DNA from: a virus
Taxonomy: Duplodnaviria > Heunggongvirae > Uroviricota > Caudoviricetes
Strand: one strand, 5' to 3'
IMG/VR virus record: IMGVR_UViG_2740892271_000003
Length of the DNA stretch: 25,126 nt
Shown here: piece after piece, positions 1 to 9,196 of the stretch
Layout: each line of letters starts with the position of its first letter
Position numbering within the stretch: position 1 is the stretch's first letter
Translations under genes and position numbers: made by a program
Notes under the pieces: model-generated
Database searches by the model: none
Told to the model about the DNA's origin: nothing
What the model saw: only the letters and a program-made list of their open reading frames with translations

Positions 1-35
1 GAACAGGAGGGACAGCTGATAGAAACAGAAGCCAC
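1..35 (-). CDS. insA: IS1 InsA, N-terminal fragment only (truncated by window edge)
   Basis: Minus-strand translation from the GTG at 33..35 gives (M)ASVSISCPSCS, matching the start of IS1 InsA as I remember it. Confidence 0.6.
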   Translation of the reverse strand, partial: MASVSISCPSC

Positions 36-90
36 TGGAGCACCTCAAAAACACCATCATACACTAAATCAGTAAGTTGGCAGCATCACC
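1..90 (-). mobile_element. IS1 terminal segment (terminal inverted repeat plus start of insA); the element continues beyond the window start
   Basis: The reverse complement of 1..90 reads GGTGATGCTGCCAACTTACTGATTTAGTGTATGATGGTG...GTGGCTTCTGTTTCTATCAGCTGTCCCTCCTGTTC, which I recognise as the IS1 end followed by the InsA N-terminus. The outer end of the element is at position 90. Confidence 0.8.
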
Positions 91-472
91 AGCCTTCTTG
101 AGGCTACCACCTGTTTTCAGGTGTCATTCAGACGTGATTTGCCCCAGATTGGGAAAGCACGCTTTTTTCTCAGCTATCGTCCTCTTATTTTGCCGTTACA
201 TTTCTTTTTGCATTCTAATGATTAATTTACAATAATAATATCGGTAATTATTGAGTAATAATAAATTAATTATTGCAAATGTAATTTAATTCCATCTTCG
301 CGTTATATTCCAATCTTTAATCTCCGCATGGAACAAGTTGCATGCGTGACTATATTAAGACGACTTATAACCACCAAAACATTTGCTTTGCAAGCAAAAA
401 CAGTGACCATTGACTCTAAGAAAATTCCGATCTATTGTTAGGGTCATCAAAGTTACTTAACAGTATTCCGAA

Positions 473-574
473 ATGAAAATACAAAGCAAGCTAATTGTCT
501 TATTAAACATTATTATTGCATTTATATTATTTGAGCTTTTAGCTCAAAAATTTGGTTTGAGTACATTATTTTAA
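473..574 (+). CDS. Possible 33-aa hydrophobic small protein (MKIQSKLIVLLNIIIAFILFELLAQKFGLSTLF); speculative
   Basis: ATG at 473 and TAA at 572..574. A single predicted transmembrane-like helix with a charged N-terminus. No clear Shine-Dalgarno sequence; could be chance in AT-rich DNA. Confidence 0.15.
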   Translation: MKIQSKLIVLLNIIIAFILFELLAQKFGLSTLF

Positions 575-723
575 AGCAAGATAAACAATATCGGGCACTC
601 TAGTTTTTATAATTAACAATTAAACGTCCATAAAATGTTATTTACTTTTCTTCGCTATTGTCATATCTTAATATAGTGGCTTACGCCACTCTACTTTCAT
701 CACATTTTGTACGTTTATGTACT

Positions 724-753
724 CGCCATGAAGCTCTTTCATGGCGATTTTTT
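724..753 (+). terminator. Candidate rho-independent terminator on the plus strand
   Basis: A 9-bp perfect stem (cgccatgaa 724..732 pairing with ttcatggcg 738..746) with a 5-nt loop, followed by a T-run at 748..753. The minus-strand side has no U-tract, so it is unidirectional. Confidence 0.45.
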
Positions 754-839
754 ATTCTTAATCCAAGAACATACTCCCTACCTATAGCAAAATCACTTTT
801 TTAACAAAAGAATAACGTATTTAGGTAATCATTACGAAT

Positions 840-1387
840 TTACCCTATAGGTGCTACTGGCCATTCAATATCCGGTGCAGTTGATGTATCAACACGGTTC
901 AGCAACACCCGATACTTTTTCCAAGCTTCCAGCAACAAGGTTTCTTTCTCCGTTGCGATCTCCAGATCCACAGCATCCTGAAGCGGCGCTATATGCTCAC
1001 TGGCTACCTGCATCAGGCTGTTTTTTGTTTCTTCCGCCTCCCGGATCCGGAACAGTTTTTCTGCTTCCGTATCCTTCACCCAGGCTGTGCCGTTCCACTT
1101 CTGAAACTCCCCTTCCGGGGATAACCAGGTGACATTTTCCGGTAATGAGCCGAGTTCAGAAATAAATAACGCGTCGCCGGAAGCCACGTCATAAACCGTT
1201 TTACCCCGATGATCTTCAACGAGATGCCACGATGACTCATCACTGTTGAAAACAGCCACGAAACCAGCCGGAATATCTGGCGGTGCAATATCGGTACTGT
1301 TTGCAGGCAGACCTGTATGAGGCGGAATATATGCGTCACCTTCACCAATAAATTCATTAGTTCCGGCCAGCAGGTTATAAATTTTTA
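840..1387 (-). CDS. tfa: Tail fibre assembly protein Tfa, 5' end lost in the assembly gap
   Basis: Translation after the X-run ([67 protein letters not shown]...) matches lambda Tfa from about residue 13 onward. Stop codon at 840..842. Confidence 0.9.
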
Positions 1388-1517
1388 NNNNNNNNNNNNN
1401 NNNNNNNNNNNNNNNNNNNNNNNNNNNNNNNNNNNNNNNNNNNNNNNNNNNNNNNNNNNNNNNNNNNNNNNNNNNNNNNNNNNNNNNNNNNNNNNNNNNN
1501 NNNNNNNNNNNNNNNNN
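1388..1517. other. Assembly gap (130 N) covering the stf 3' end and the tfa 5' end
   Basis: A run of n characters in the sequence; it appears as X residues in the ORF track. Confidence 0.99.
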
Positions 1518-4376
1518 GCCACTGGTTAATGAGCCACTGATACCAACCTGATTAGTCCCGCTAACTTGAGTACTCCCTGCCGGAAACATTCCAGTAGGTT
1601 GACTCCCGCTATTCGTTCTGGGCCCAGTCTGACTATGTTGGTGGGCCCCAGCTGAACTTGTAGAGCCGCTCAGACTGTGCGTATGCGCCCCGGTGTTATT
1701 CGTGGATTTAGTGCCGTAATCAAACGACGATGTGGTTTTCGTCCCCAAATCCGTACTGGATGCGCTGGCGCTGTGGGTGTGCGATTTAATGCCATCCTGT
1801 TCCTGAGACAATACGGCACGACCACTGGCGGGCTTGCCCTTAATCGTCCAGCCACGCATATCAGGGATCACGCCTGACGGATAAGCGGCTGCAAGTTTCG
1901 GGTAAGCAGATTTGTCAAAAGTCTGCCCCTGCATCAGGGCATAACCAGACGGAACGGTATCTGATGGCCACGGGATTGGTGCACCGACTGGATAAAACTC
2001 TGCAGGAGGATGAGCCGAGGTGTAAAGCTGCGCCCACGGCGACCAGTTTGCGTCGGTCGTATCCCGTCGTGAACGAATAAATGCCGGAGCATGAGCACCG
2101 CTTGTACCACTCCAGCCGATGAGTAACTCACCTTCGCCAACGGCTGTCATCCCTTTCAGGTGAATGATATTTCCATACGCTGTTGGATATCCGTTGTTAT
2201 ACACCTCGTATAACTCAAGACCTGCTGCCCCCTGCGTATTGTCTGTCAGCGCGGCTACCCGACCTTTTGAAGCCAGATTAACTGATGATACTGCTGTTCC
2301 ACCTGACGGTAGCGCCCCGATCTCTGATGCCGTTGGCTTATTTCTGGAGTTATAGTCCCTTCGCCAGCCAGGTGAATAATCTGTTCCGTGATTAATATAG
2401 GTAAACTGGGCGTTGGTTGTTCCGCCACCGCTGGATGTGGTCGGAGTGGTAATGCGGATCGTCATCGCTGACTTTATCCCCATTACTTCAATGACAGCTC
2501 CGGCGAGATGAATATTACCGCAGCCAGTATCAGTAATGATTTTATTATTGCCATAAGACCAGGAACCCTTGCACATCCAGTATGGATGGTTAAATGCTCC
2601 CTGAGAATCCAGCCACTCGATAAACTGTGCAGTCGTCCAGTTTCCTGTTGTTGTGCTTACTGACCCACCGAAGGCACGGCAGGCACCAATATTTTTCGTA
2701 AAGGTGTCTTTGCCAGGGATATCCGCACCGTTCTGATCTTTCTGCAGACGTTTCTCAGCATTGTCATTGGCTGCTTTTACTGCCTTTGGCGTTGCCGCCA
2801 GCGTTTCAGACGTGCTGTTGGTCGCGCTGCTTAGCTGGATTATCCCTTTCTGTGCTGTCGTTGCATCCTGTGCGGTGTATTTCCCGTTAGCCAGGTCATA
2901 CGCGGCCTTAACGGCTTTTGGTGTTGCCGCCAGTGACTCGGAAGTGCTGTTAGTCGCACTACTGAGCTGTACTATCCCCTTTTTCGTCGTGCTCGCATCC
3001 TCAAGCGCCACGGCGGATGCAATATCCTCTGCCCGTTTTGCCGCTGTCTCAGCGCGCGTTGCTGCAGATTCCGCCGTACTTTTGCTCTGAGCTGCTGCCG
3101 TCGCACTACCAGCAGCCTCTGTCGCCTTCGTGGATGCCGTCGTGGCGCTGCCCTTCGCTGCTGACGCCTGTCTGGTCGCCTCATCTTTTGAAGCAGACGC
3201 CGATGATGCCGATGACGCCGCCGAACTGGCGGACGATGCGGCAGCCGTTTTTGAGGATTCTGCACGGGTTTCCGACGCTTTCGCGTTCGTTTCGGATGTC
3301 TTCGCTGCGGAAGCTGACCTCGCTGCTGCCGTGGCCTGCTCAGTGGCTTCGCCAGCCTTCGTTGTGGCTGTTGAAGCGGATGATGCGGCGCTTTCTGCCG
3401 ATTTTCCGGCGGCGGTGGCACTGGCTGAGGCCTGCCCGGCACTTGTTGACGCGGCGCTGGCAGACGACGCAGCCGCTGTTTTTGAGCCTGCCGCAGCTGA
3501 GGCACTCTGTCCCGCTGCCGTTTCAGAAGACCTGGCGTTCGTCTCGGACGTTTTGGCCGCCTTCGCAGAATTTGCAGCCGCCGTCGCCGAGGAAGCTGCG
3601 CTACTGGCGCTTGATGATGCGTTCGTTTCTGATGATTTTGCCGCCTCTTTTGAAGCCGACGCATCCCGGGCTGAGGTGGCAGCTTCTGACGCTTTCGTGG
3701 TCGCGGTGGATGCAGAAGTGGCTGCTGATTGTTGTGACGCTGCCGCATTCGTTTCTAACGTTTTCGCCGCACCGGCACTGGTAGCCGCCGCGCTTTTTGA
3801 GGACTCTGCAGCGGCAGCACTTTTTGAGGCTTCAGTGGCCTTTGTTGATGCCGTTCCTGCGCTGGAAGACGCTGACTGAGCCGACGAAGCGGCCTGTCCG
3901 GCTGACGTGCTGGCTGCACGTGCTGAATCTGCAGCATCAGTCGCATGGGTTGCCGCCTCACGGGCTGATGTGCTGGCATCGCTGGCTGATTTCTTCGCGG
4001 CTGCCGTGTTCTGTGCCACCGCGGACGCGTTACGCGCCACCTCTTCCACCATCAGCTCAAAACGGCGCAGTGCCTCCGGACGGGCATCATCCTCCGTCAT
4101 GGCACCGAGAAAATCATTCAGCGTACCGGGTCGGGAATCTTCATACACGGTGATGGTCCCGGCATGTGACGGCGGGAATCCTTCCACCAACAGAATAACG
4201 CTGTACTGACCGTACTCAACGTCCATGCTGTAACGCCCGGCTTCATCCGGATTTTCTGAGGCCAGCGTGTTCACCACCACCGTGGTGCTGTTACGTTTTG
4301 CTTTCAGCTGGATTGTGCAGTTCTGTACCGGTTTTCCTGTGCCGTCTTTCAGTACACCTGAAATCTTTACTGCCAT
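1518..4376 (-). CDS. stf: Side tail fibre protein Stf, long form; C-terminus lost in the gap
   Basis: The N-terminus [26 protein letters not shown]... matches lambda Stf. An Ala/Ser-rich low-complexity shaft, the [24 protein letters not shown] motif (two copies) and a His-rich HTHS/HQHS tip region are present. The ATG at 4374..4376 is preferred over the track's GTG at 4382 because it gives the lambda-like start. Confidence 0.9.
2776..2986 (-). repeat. Tandem duplication (two ~80-bp units about 130 bp apart) encoding the conserved tail-fibre motif KGI(V/I)[11 protein letters not shown](S/T)[11 protein letters not shown]
   Basis: Near-identical nucleotide stretches around 2776..2855 and 2907..2986 (ttttggcgttgccgccag...gctgtt.gtcgc.ct.ct.agctg.a.tatcccctt), and the protein motif is repeated in the Stf translation. 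Confidence 0.5.
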
Positions 4377-4383
4377 ATTCACC

Positions 4384-4414
4384 CCACAAAAAAGCCCGCC
4401 TGAACCGGCGGGCT
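4384..4414 (-). terminator. Candidate rho-independent terminator downstream of lom, just upstream of the stf start
   Basis: On the minus strand, the stem gcccgcc/ggcgggc (4394..4400 and 4407..4413) with a 6-nt loop is followed by a U-tract (plus-strand A-run 4388..4393). Confidence 0.5.
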
Positions 4415-4440
4415 GTCATAACACTGTGTTACCTGGCTAA

Positions 4441-4896
4441 TCAGAATTTATAACCGACACCCACGATGAAACCGTCAGTGCGCCAGAGACGTGTTGCTGT
4501 GGCGACCGTCATCACTTCCGGTCAGCACATCGTGCGTTTTCCCCTTATTGTCAGTTACGCGGATATAATCCCCGGAAAAAGTCGACACACGGCTGTAAGC
4601 CACACCCGCCATCGCATACGCGCTGAACCATTCATTCACGCGCACAGGCTGTAACGGGTCAGCTGGCGATTCTTGTCTCCTGCATAGCTGAATGACGTCA
4701 CCAGCCCCAGCGTATCCGTAAACTCATAACGGTATTTCACGTTAATCCCGTTCAGATCATCACTGCCGGGAACGTTGGTCCGGGCATGAAGATACCCCGC
4801 GCTCAGCGTGGACTGATGTTCAGACGCCCATGCAGGCGCACCGGATACGGCCAGGCAAATGGCTGCGGACAAAATGGCTGCACAAACTTTACGCAT
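4441..4896 (-). pseudogene. lom: lom (Ail/Lom-family outer membrane protein) remnant, disrupted by two internal deletions with frameshifts
   Basis: The N-terminal 84 codons (4646..4896, MRKVCAAILSAAICLAVSGAPAWASEHQSTLSAGYLH...NRQLTRYS) hit a stop at 4636. A second frame then encodes PVRVNEWFSAYAMAGVAYSRVSTFSGDYIRVTDNKGKTHDVLTGSDDGRHSNTSLA, and a third frame encodes the family's C-terminal strand WRTDGFIVGVGYKF ending at 4441. The total is about 456 bp, against about 621 bp expected for an intact lambda lom. Confidence 0.7.
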
Positions 4897-4917
4897 AATT
4901 ACCTCTCGCTTTTCTGC

Positions 4918-4944
4918 AATAAAAAAGGCGTCATTCCTGACGCC
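4918..4944 (-). terminator. Candidate rho-independent terminator between the J stop and the lom start
   Basis: On the minus strand, the stem ggcgtca/tgacgcc (4927..4933 and 4938..4944) with a 4-nt loop is followed by a U-tract (plus-strand A-run 4919..4926). Confidence 0.45.
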
Positions 4945-4966
4945 ATTTATTGGGGTTATAAATATT

Positions 4967-7900
4967 TCAACGAATACTGATGCCGGAAGCCGCTTTTTTG
5001 GTCACAATCACCGTACAGTCGGTGATATTGCCTGCCCCCTGATTGCCTTTCTGGAAAATCTTAAACTCCAGAGTGACGCTACCACCACCACTAGGCATAT
5101 CAATAACTGCACTGTAACTACCGGGAATGGCCCCTTTAGTTTCTCTGGATGCGATTAATACGCCGTTTTTGCGAACTTCAAAACCATAACCCGTGTATCG
5201 CGTGCCTCCTGGGTTATTTCCGCTCCCCGGATCGTCATACGCTATACCGTTAAAAATAATGGGCGGAATAATAATCTGGCGGTCAAAGTTATGATCATCG
5301 CTTATGGTGACTGTAACCGTCCCGTTTGGTGTTTCCGTGTTACCCCACGTACCAGCCTGTTTCGGAAATGATTTGGATACAGCTTTAACGAAGTCACCTC
5401 TGACCTGAGTCGCCTCCAGCATGCCCTTAATCGTACAGTTTTCATTTACCGTGACATTGTTGAGCGTCCCGGCGTTCGCATTCACACTGCCACTGATATC
5501 CGCATTTTTAGCGGTCAGCTTTCCGTCCGGAGTCAGGGAAAATGCCGATGGATTTCCACCGCTGGTAATGGTGGGGGCCGTCAGGCGTTTCAGGAACACG
5601 TCGTTCATGAATATCTGATCGCCCTGACCAACAAACATCGGTTTTGTGTTGCCATTCGCAGGATTAACCATCGCAATCCTGTCCGCCGCCAGCAGCACCT
5701 GACTCTGCATGCCGTCAGGGGTGTTCTCAATACCGGCACCAATACCCGCGATATAAAGGCGTCCGTCCTGCATCTGCTGCAGCTTCACAGCCCACATGCT
5801 GTTCAGGTTATTATTTGTATCAACCTGAACCTTCTGTATCTGCTGAATTGCCGCACTCTGGTCTTCCAGTTTCTTATTGACGGTCTGCGTGATTTCATTG
5901 CTGACATCCGTAATGGACGTCCTGATTTCAGCCAGGTCAGGCGCAAGCTGACCGTTATCAATCTGCGTCCACAGCTCCTGAGCCAGATGGGTTTTCCCTA
6001 TCTCGCCTTTGAAAAAATCCAGATAACCGGATGCATCATCACTCGGCTGACCAACAGCCTCCACGAATGCCGATTTGCCAACGGTGTTCACACTGCGGAT
6101 ATAAAAGTAATAATCATGGCCCGGTTTGATATTGATACTGGCGGCTATCCAGTACAGCGCCGTGCCAAGATAGCGTGCTGTGGTTTCAACCTGCCTGATA
6201 TCCGCAATCCGCTTTTCCGAGAACCAGAACTCAAACTGTACCGTCGGATCATAAACCGCAAGATGCGGCGTGGCGGTTATCTGAAAATAGCCCGGCGTCA
6301 GCTCAATCCGCGACAGCGCTGCCGGTGCGGCAATCCGGAACGATACCGACGCCGGATCGCCCTGCTGCCCCCACGCATTTACTGCCCGGACTGTCAGCCT
6401 GTAGTTCCCCAGCGCCAGTTGTGTGAAGCGGTAAGTGGTTTCCGTCGTCCGGGCCGTGCTGACCAGCCGCTCACTGCCGTCATCCGCTGTTACGGTCAGA
6501 CGGAGCAGGAAGCTCACGCCCTTCACCACCTTCGGCGTGTCCCAGCGCGCCAGCACCTGATATTCCCCGCTGTCTGCGGTGACTTCGGCAGTCAGGTGCT
6601 GCACCGCTGGCGGCGTGACACCATTCACCGTGCCGCTCTGGTCGCCGTCAAAGTGCGCCCCGTTATCCACGATGGCTTCTTTTTCCGGCACATGCTGCAC
6701 GGCGGTGATGGCATACGTGCCGTCGTCGTTCTCACGGATACTCACGCAGCGGAACAATCGCTGGTGCAGCGTCGGCAGCTTCAGCCCCCACACGCTGTAT
6801 TCAGCAACACCGTCAGGAACACGGCTCACTTTTACCTTCACGCCGTCGGTGACGGACTGGACCTCCACGCTGACCGGATTCCCCTGCCCGTCAACCAGGC
6901 TTATCAGCGTGGTGCCGGAGGATGGCAGCGTGATTTCACGGTCGAGCGTCAGCGTCCGGGTCTGGCTGTTCACCGCCAGCACGCGCCCGCCGGTGCGGAT
7001 ACCGGCATAGTCATCATCGCAGATTTCAATGACATCGCCCGGTACATGACGAAGCCCTTCAGCACCCACGCTGAAATCCACGGTCTGCGTCTCCAGCAGT
7101 TCCGTTTTAATCAGCCACAGCCCGGCGCGGTGTGCCTGCCCCCGGCTGGTACAGCCAAAGGCATCCATCTTCGTGACGTTACGACCGTAACGGACAATGG
7201 CCTGCGTATCCTCCACAAGCTCTGTCGCCGTCTCCCAGCCGTTATCCGGGTCAATCCAGTTCACCTCAACGGCATTATGGCGGTCTTTCAGGGCGCTGAA
7301 ACTGTAGCGGAACGGCGCGCCATCATCCGGCATCACCACATTACTGCGGTTATAGGCCCACACCTTATCCGACTGTCGGTCCTGCACGAACGTCAGCGTC
7401 TGCCCGTTCCATACCGGCATACAGCGCATCGCCGAGCAGAAATCACTGAGCACATCCCACGCCTTGCGCTGTGTGGTCAGCCAGGCATTACAGGTGATGC
7501 GCGGCTCCGTGCTGCCAAAGCCGTCCGGCACCGACTGGTCACAGTACTGGCCGATGACATACAGCGCCCATTTATCCACATCTGCCGCACCAAGACGTTT
7601 CCCCATGCCATAGCGCGGATGGGTCAGCATATCCCACAGACACCAGGCCATGTTGTTGCTGTATGCCGGTTTTAACGTTCCGTCCCAGATACCGCTGTAT
7701 TGCCGCGTCTGCGGATTATAGTTCGACGGCACCTGCAGAATGCGCCCGCGAAGATGATAATTACGGCTCACCTGCTGGCTGCCGAACTGCTCCGAATCCA
7801 CCTGTACGCCGACCAGTGCCGTGTTCGGGTAGCACTGTTTCACATCGATGATTTCGGTGTATGACGACCAGAGCGTTTTGTTCTGCAGCTGGTCTGTGGT

Positions 7901-8464
7901 GCTGTCCGGCGTCATTCTGCGCATCCGGATATTAAACGGGCGCGGCGGCAGGTTATCCACCACCACCGAGGCCAGATACTGCGAGGTGGTTTTGCCCTTA
8001 ATGGTGATGTCTTTTTCCGTCACCCAGCCACCGTTACGCTGTATCTGAACCAGCAGGCGAACTTCAGACGGATTCCTGTCTCCCTTTGAGGTGGTTTCCA
8101 CCAGTGCCTGTACACCGAAGGTAAAACGCAGTCGGTCAATGTTTGCCGACGTGATGGTCCGGGTGATCGGCGTGTCATATTTCACTTCCGTACCCAGCAC
8201 CGTCTCGGAGCCGGAGGATTCAAATCCCTCCGGCGGTGACTGCTCCTGCTCACCTGCCCGGAACACCACCGTGACGCCGGAGATGTTGGTATTCCCCTCA
8301 CTGTCCAGCACCGGCGTACTGTTCAGCAGCACGCTTTTTAATCCATCCACCGGACCTTCAACCGGCCCTTCGCTGATGGCATCGATCACACTCAGCAGCT
8401 GCGTGGACTTCAGGTTGTCCTTCGCTTCGCGCGGGGTATGCCCCTTACTGCTGCCTTTACCCAT
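4967..8464 (-). CDS. J: Central tail fibre / host specificity protein J (tip attachment protein), with a divergent C-terminal region
   Basis: 1165 aa. The N-terminal ~830 aa ([34 protein letters not shown]...) closely match lambda gpJ from memory. The C-terminal third departs from the lambda LamB-binding region. Confidence 0.95.
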   Translation of the reverse strand: MGKGSSKGHTPREAKDNLKSTQLLSVIDAISEGPVEGPVDGLKSVLLNSTPVLDSEGNTNISGVTVVFRAGEQEQSPPEGFESSGSETVLGTEVKYDTPITRTITSANIDRLRFTFGVQALVETTSKGDRNPSEVRLLVQIQRNGGWVTEKDITIKGKTTSQYLASVVVDNLPPRPFNIRMRRMTPDSTTDQLQNKTLWSSYTEIIDVKQCYPNTALVGVQVDSEQFGSQQVSRNYHLRGRILQVPSNYNPQTRQYSGIWDGTLKPAYSNNMAWCLWDMLTHPRYGMGKRLGAADVDKWALYVIGQYCDQSVPDGFGSTEPRITCNAWLTTQRKAWDVLSDFCSAMRCMPVWNGQTLTFVQDRQSDKVWAYNRSNVVMPDDGAPFRYSFSALKDRHNAVEVNWIDPDNGWETATELVEDTQAIVRYGRNVTKMDAFGCTSRGQAHRAGLWLIKTELLETQTVDFSVGAEGLRHVPGDVIEICDDDYAGIRTGGRVLAVNSQTRTLTLDREITLPSSGTTLISLVDGQGNPVSVEVQSVTDGVKVKVSRVPDGVAEYSVWGLKLPTLHQRLFRCVSIRENDDGTYAITAVQHVPEKEAIVDNGAHFDGDQSGTVNGVTPPAVQHLTAEVTADSGEYQVLARWDTPKVVKGVSFLLRLTVTADDGSERLVSTARTTETTYRFTQLALGNYRLTVRAVNAWGQQGDPASVSFRIAAPAALSRIELTPGYFQITATPHLAVYDPTVQFEFWFSEKRIADIRQVETTARYLGTALYWIAASINIKPGHDYYFYIRSVNTVGKSAFVEAVGQPSDDASGYLDFFKGEIGKTHLAQELWTQIDNGQLAPDLAEIRTSITDVSNEITQTVNKKLEDQSAAIQQIQKVQVDTNNNLNSMWAVKLQQMQDGRLYIAGIGAGIENTPDGMQSQVLLAADRIAMVNPANGNTKPMFVGQGDQIFMNDVFLKRLTAPTITSGGNPSAFSLTPDGKLTAKNADISGSVNANAGTLNNVTVNENCTIKGMLEATQVRGDFVKAVSKSFPKQAGTWGNTETPNGTVTVTISDDHNFDRQIIIPPIIFNGIAYDDPGSGNNPGGTRYTGYGFEVRKNGVLIASRETKGAIPGSYSAVIDMPSGGGSVTLEFKIFQKGNQGAGNITDCTVIVTKKAASGISIR

Positions 8465-8524
8465 TCGTCATGCTCCATAAACGATAAAACCGCCCGGAGG
8501 CGATTTCACATAAAACATTTTGCA

Positions 8525-9196
8525 TCAGCGACCAATCACCACAACCTGACCACCGTCCCCTTCGTCTGCCGTGCTGATCTCCTGAGATACCACACGTGAC
8601 CCCACGCGCATTTCACCATACAGAACAGGCATAACATTGCCCTGGGCAACCATGTTATCCAGTGAGGAGAAATAGGTGTTCTGCTTACCGTTATCCGTTG
8701 TCTGTGTGCGGGGAGTTCTGGCTTTCGGTGCCAGCATCTGAGCCACACCGCCGAGCACCATACTGGCACCGAGAGAAAACAGAATGCCGGTCATACCACC
8801 GGCACCAATGGCAGCCCCCCATGCTGCAAGGGTGGCTCCGGCGGTAAAGAATGATCCGGCAATGGCGGCTGCTCCCAGGACAATCTGGAATACACCACCT
8901 GACTTGGCCCCGGCGACTCTGGGAACAATATGAATCACAGCGCCGTCAGGCAGAGCCTCATGTAACTGTGCCGTTAATCCGGACGTGCTAACATCCTGCC
9001 CGGCAATACGCACCTGATACCAGCCGTCGCTCAGCTTCTGACGAAACGCAGGGAGCTGTGTGGCCATCGCCCGGATGGCTTCGGCACCCGTTTTCACACG
9101 AAGGTCGATGCGGCGGCCAAATCGTTGCAAATCCCCGTAAAGGCAGATGCGTGCCATGCCCGGTGACGCCAGAGGGAGTGTGTGCGTCGCTGCCAT
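8525..9196 (-). CDS. I: Tail assembly protein I
   Basis: 223 aa (MAATHTLPLASPGMARICLYGDLQRFGRRIDLRV...), matching lambda gpI. It overlaps the K 3' end by 103 nt, as in lambda. Confidence 0.95.
   Translation of the reverse strand: MAATHTLPLASPGMARICLYGDLQRFGRRIDLRVKTGAEAIRAMATQLPAFRQKLSDGWYQVRIAGQDVSTSGLTAQLHEALPDGAVIHIVPRVAGAKSGGVFQIVLGAAAIAGSFFTAGATLAAWGAAIGAGGMTGILFSLGASMVLGGVAQMLAPKARTPRTQTTDNGKQNTYFSSLDNMVAQGNVMPVLYGEMRVGSRVVSQEISTADEGDGGQVVVIGR

Larger units (their letters stand above)
91..839. other. AT-rich tract between the IS1 end and the tfa stop, with no ORF longer than about 36 codons on either strand
   Basis: Visibly AT-rich, with many TATAAT-like and A/T-run motifs. The six-frame track has no ORF of 60 aa or more here, and manual reading of both strands finds only very short ORFs. 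Confidence 0.5.

Noticed and set aside
2972-3979. Several overlapping 70 to 260-aa ORFs on both strands (2972..3748, 3017..3784, 3130..3879, 3755..3979)
   Set aside because: They arise from the Ala/Ser-rich low-complexity Stf shaft, where every frame is open. Only the stf frame gives a coherent tail-fibre protein.
2760-3980. A diversity-generating retroelement or phase-variable cassette acting on the tail fibre
   Set aside because: No reverse transcriptase, invertase or template/variable repeat pair is visible. The repetition is a simple tandem motif duplication within stf.
840-4382. A single 1180-aa protein, as listed in the ORF track
   Set aside because: It spans an N-run and is two genes (stf and tfa) joined by X residues; they are annotated separately.
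4466-4654. 62-aa plus-strand ORF
   Set aside because: It is antisense to the lom remnant.
5987-7675. 562-aa plus-strand ORF
   Set aside because: It is antisense to the well-supported J gene and has an Arg/Pro/His-rich composition typical of a wrong-strand frame in GC-rich coding DNA.
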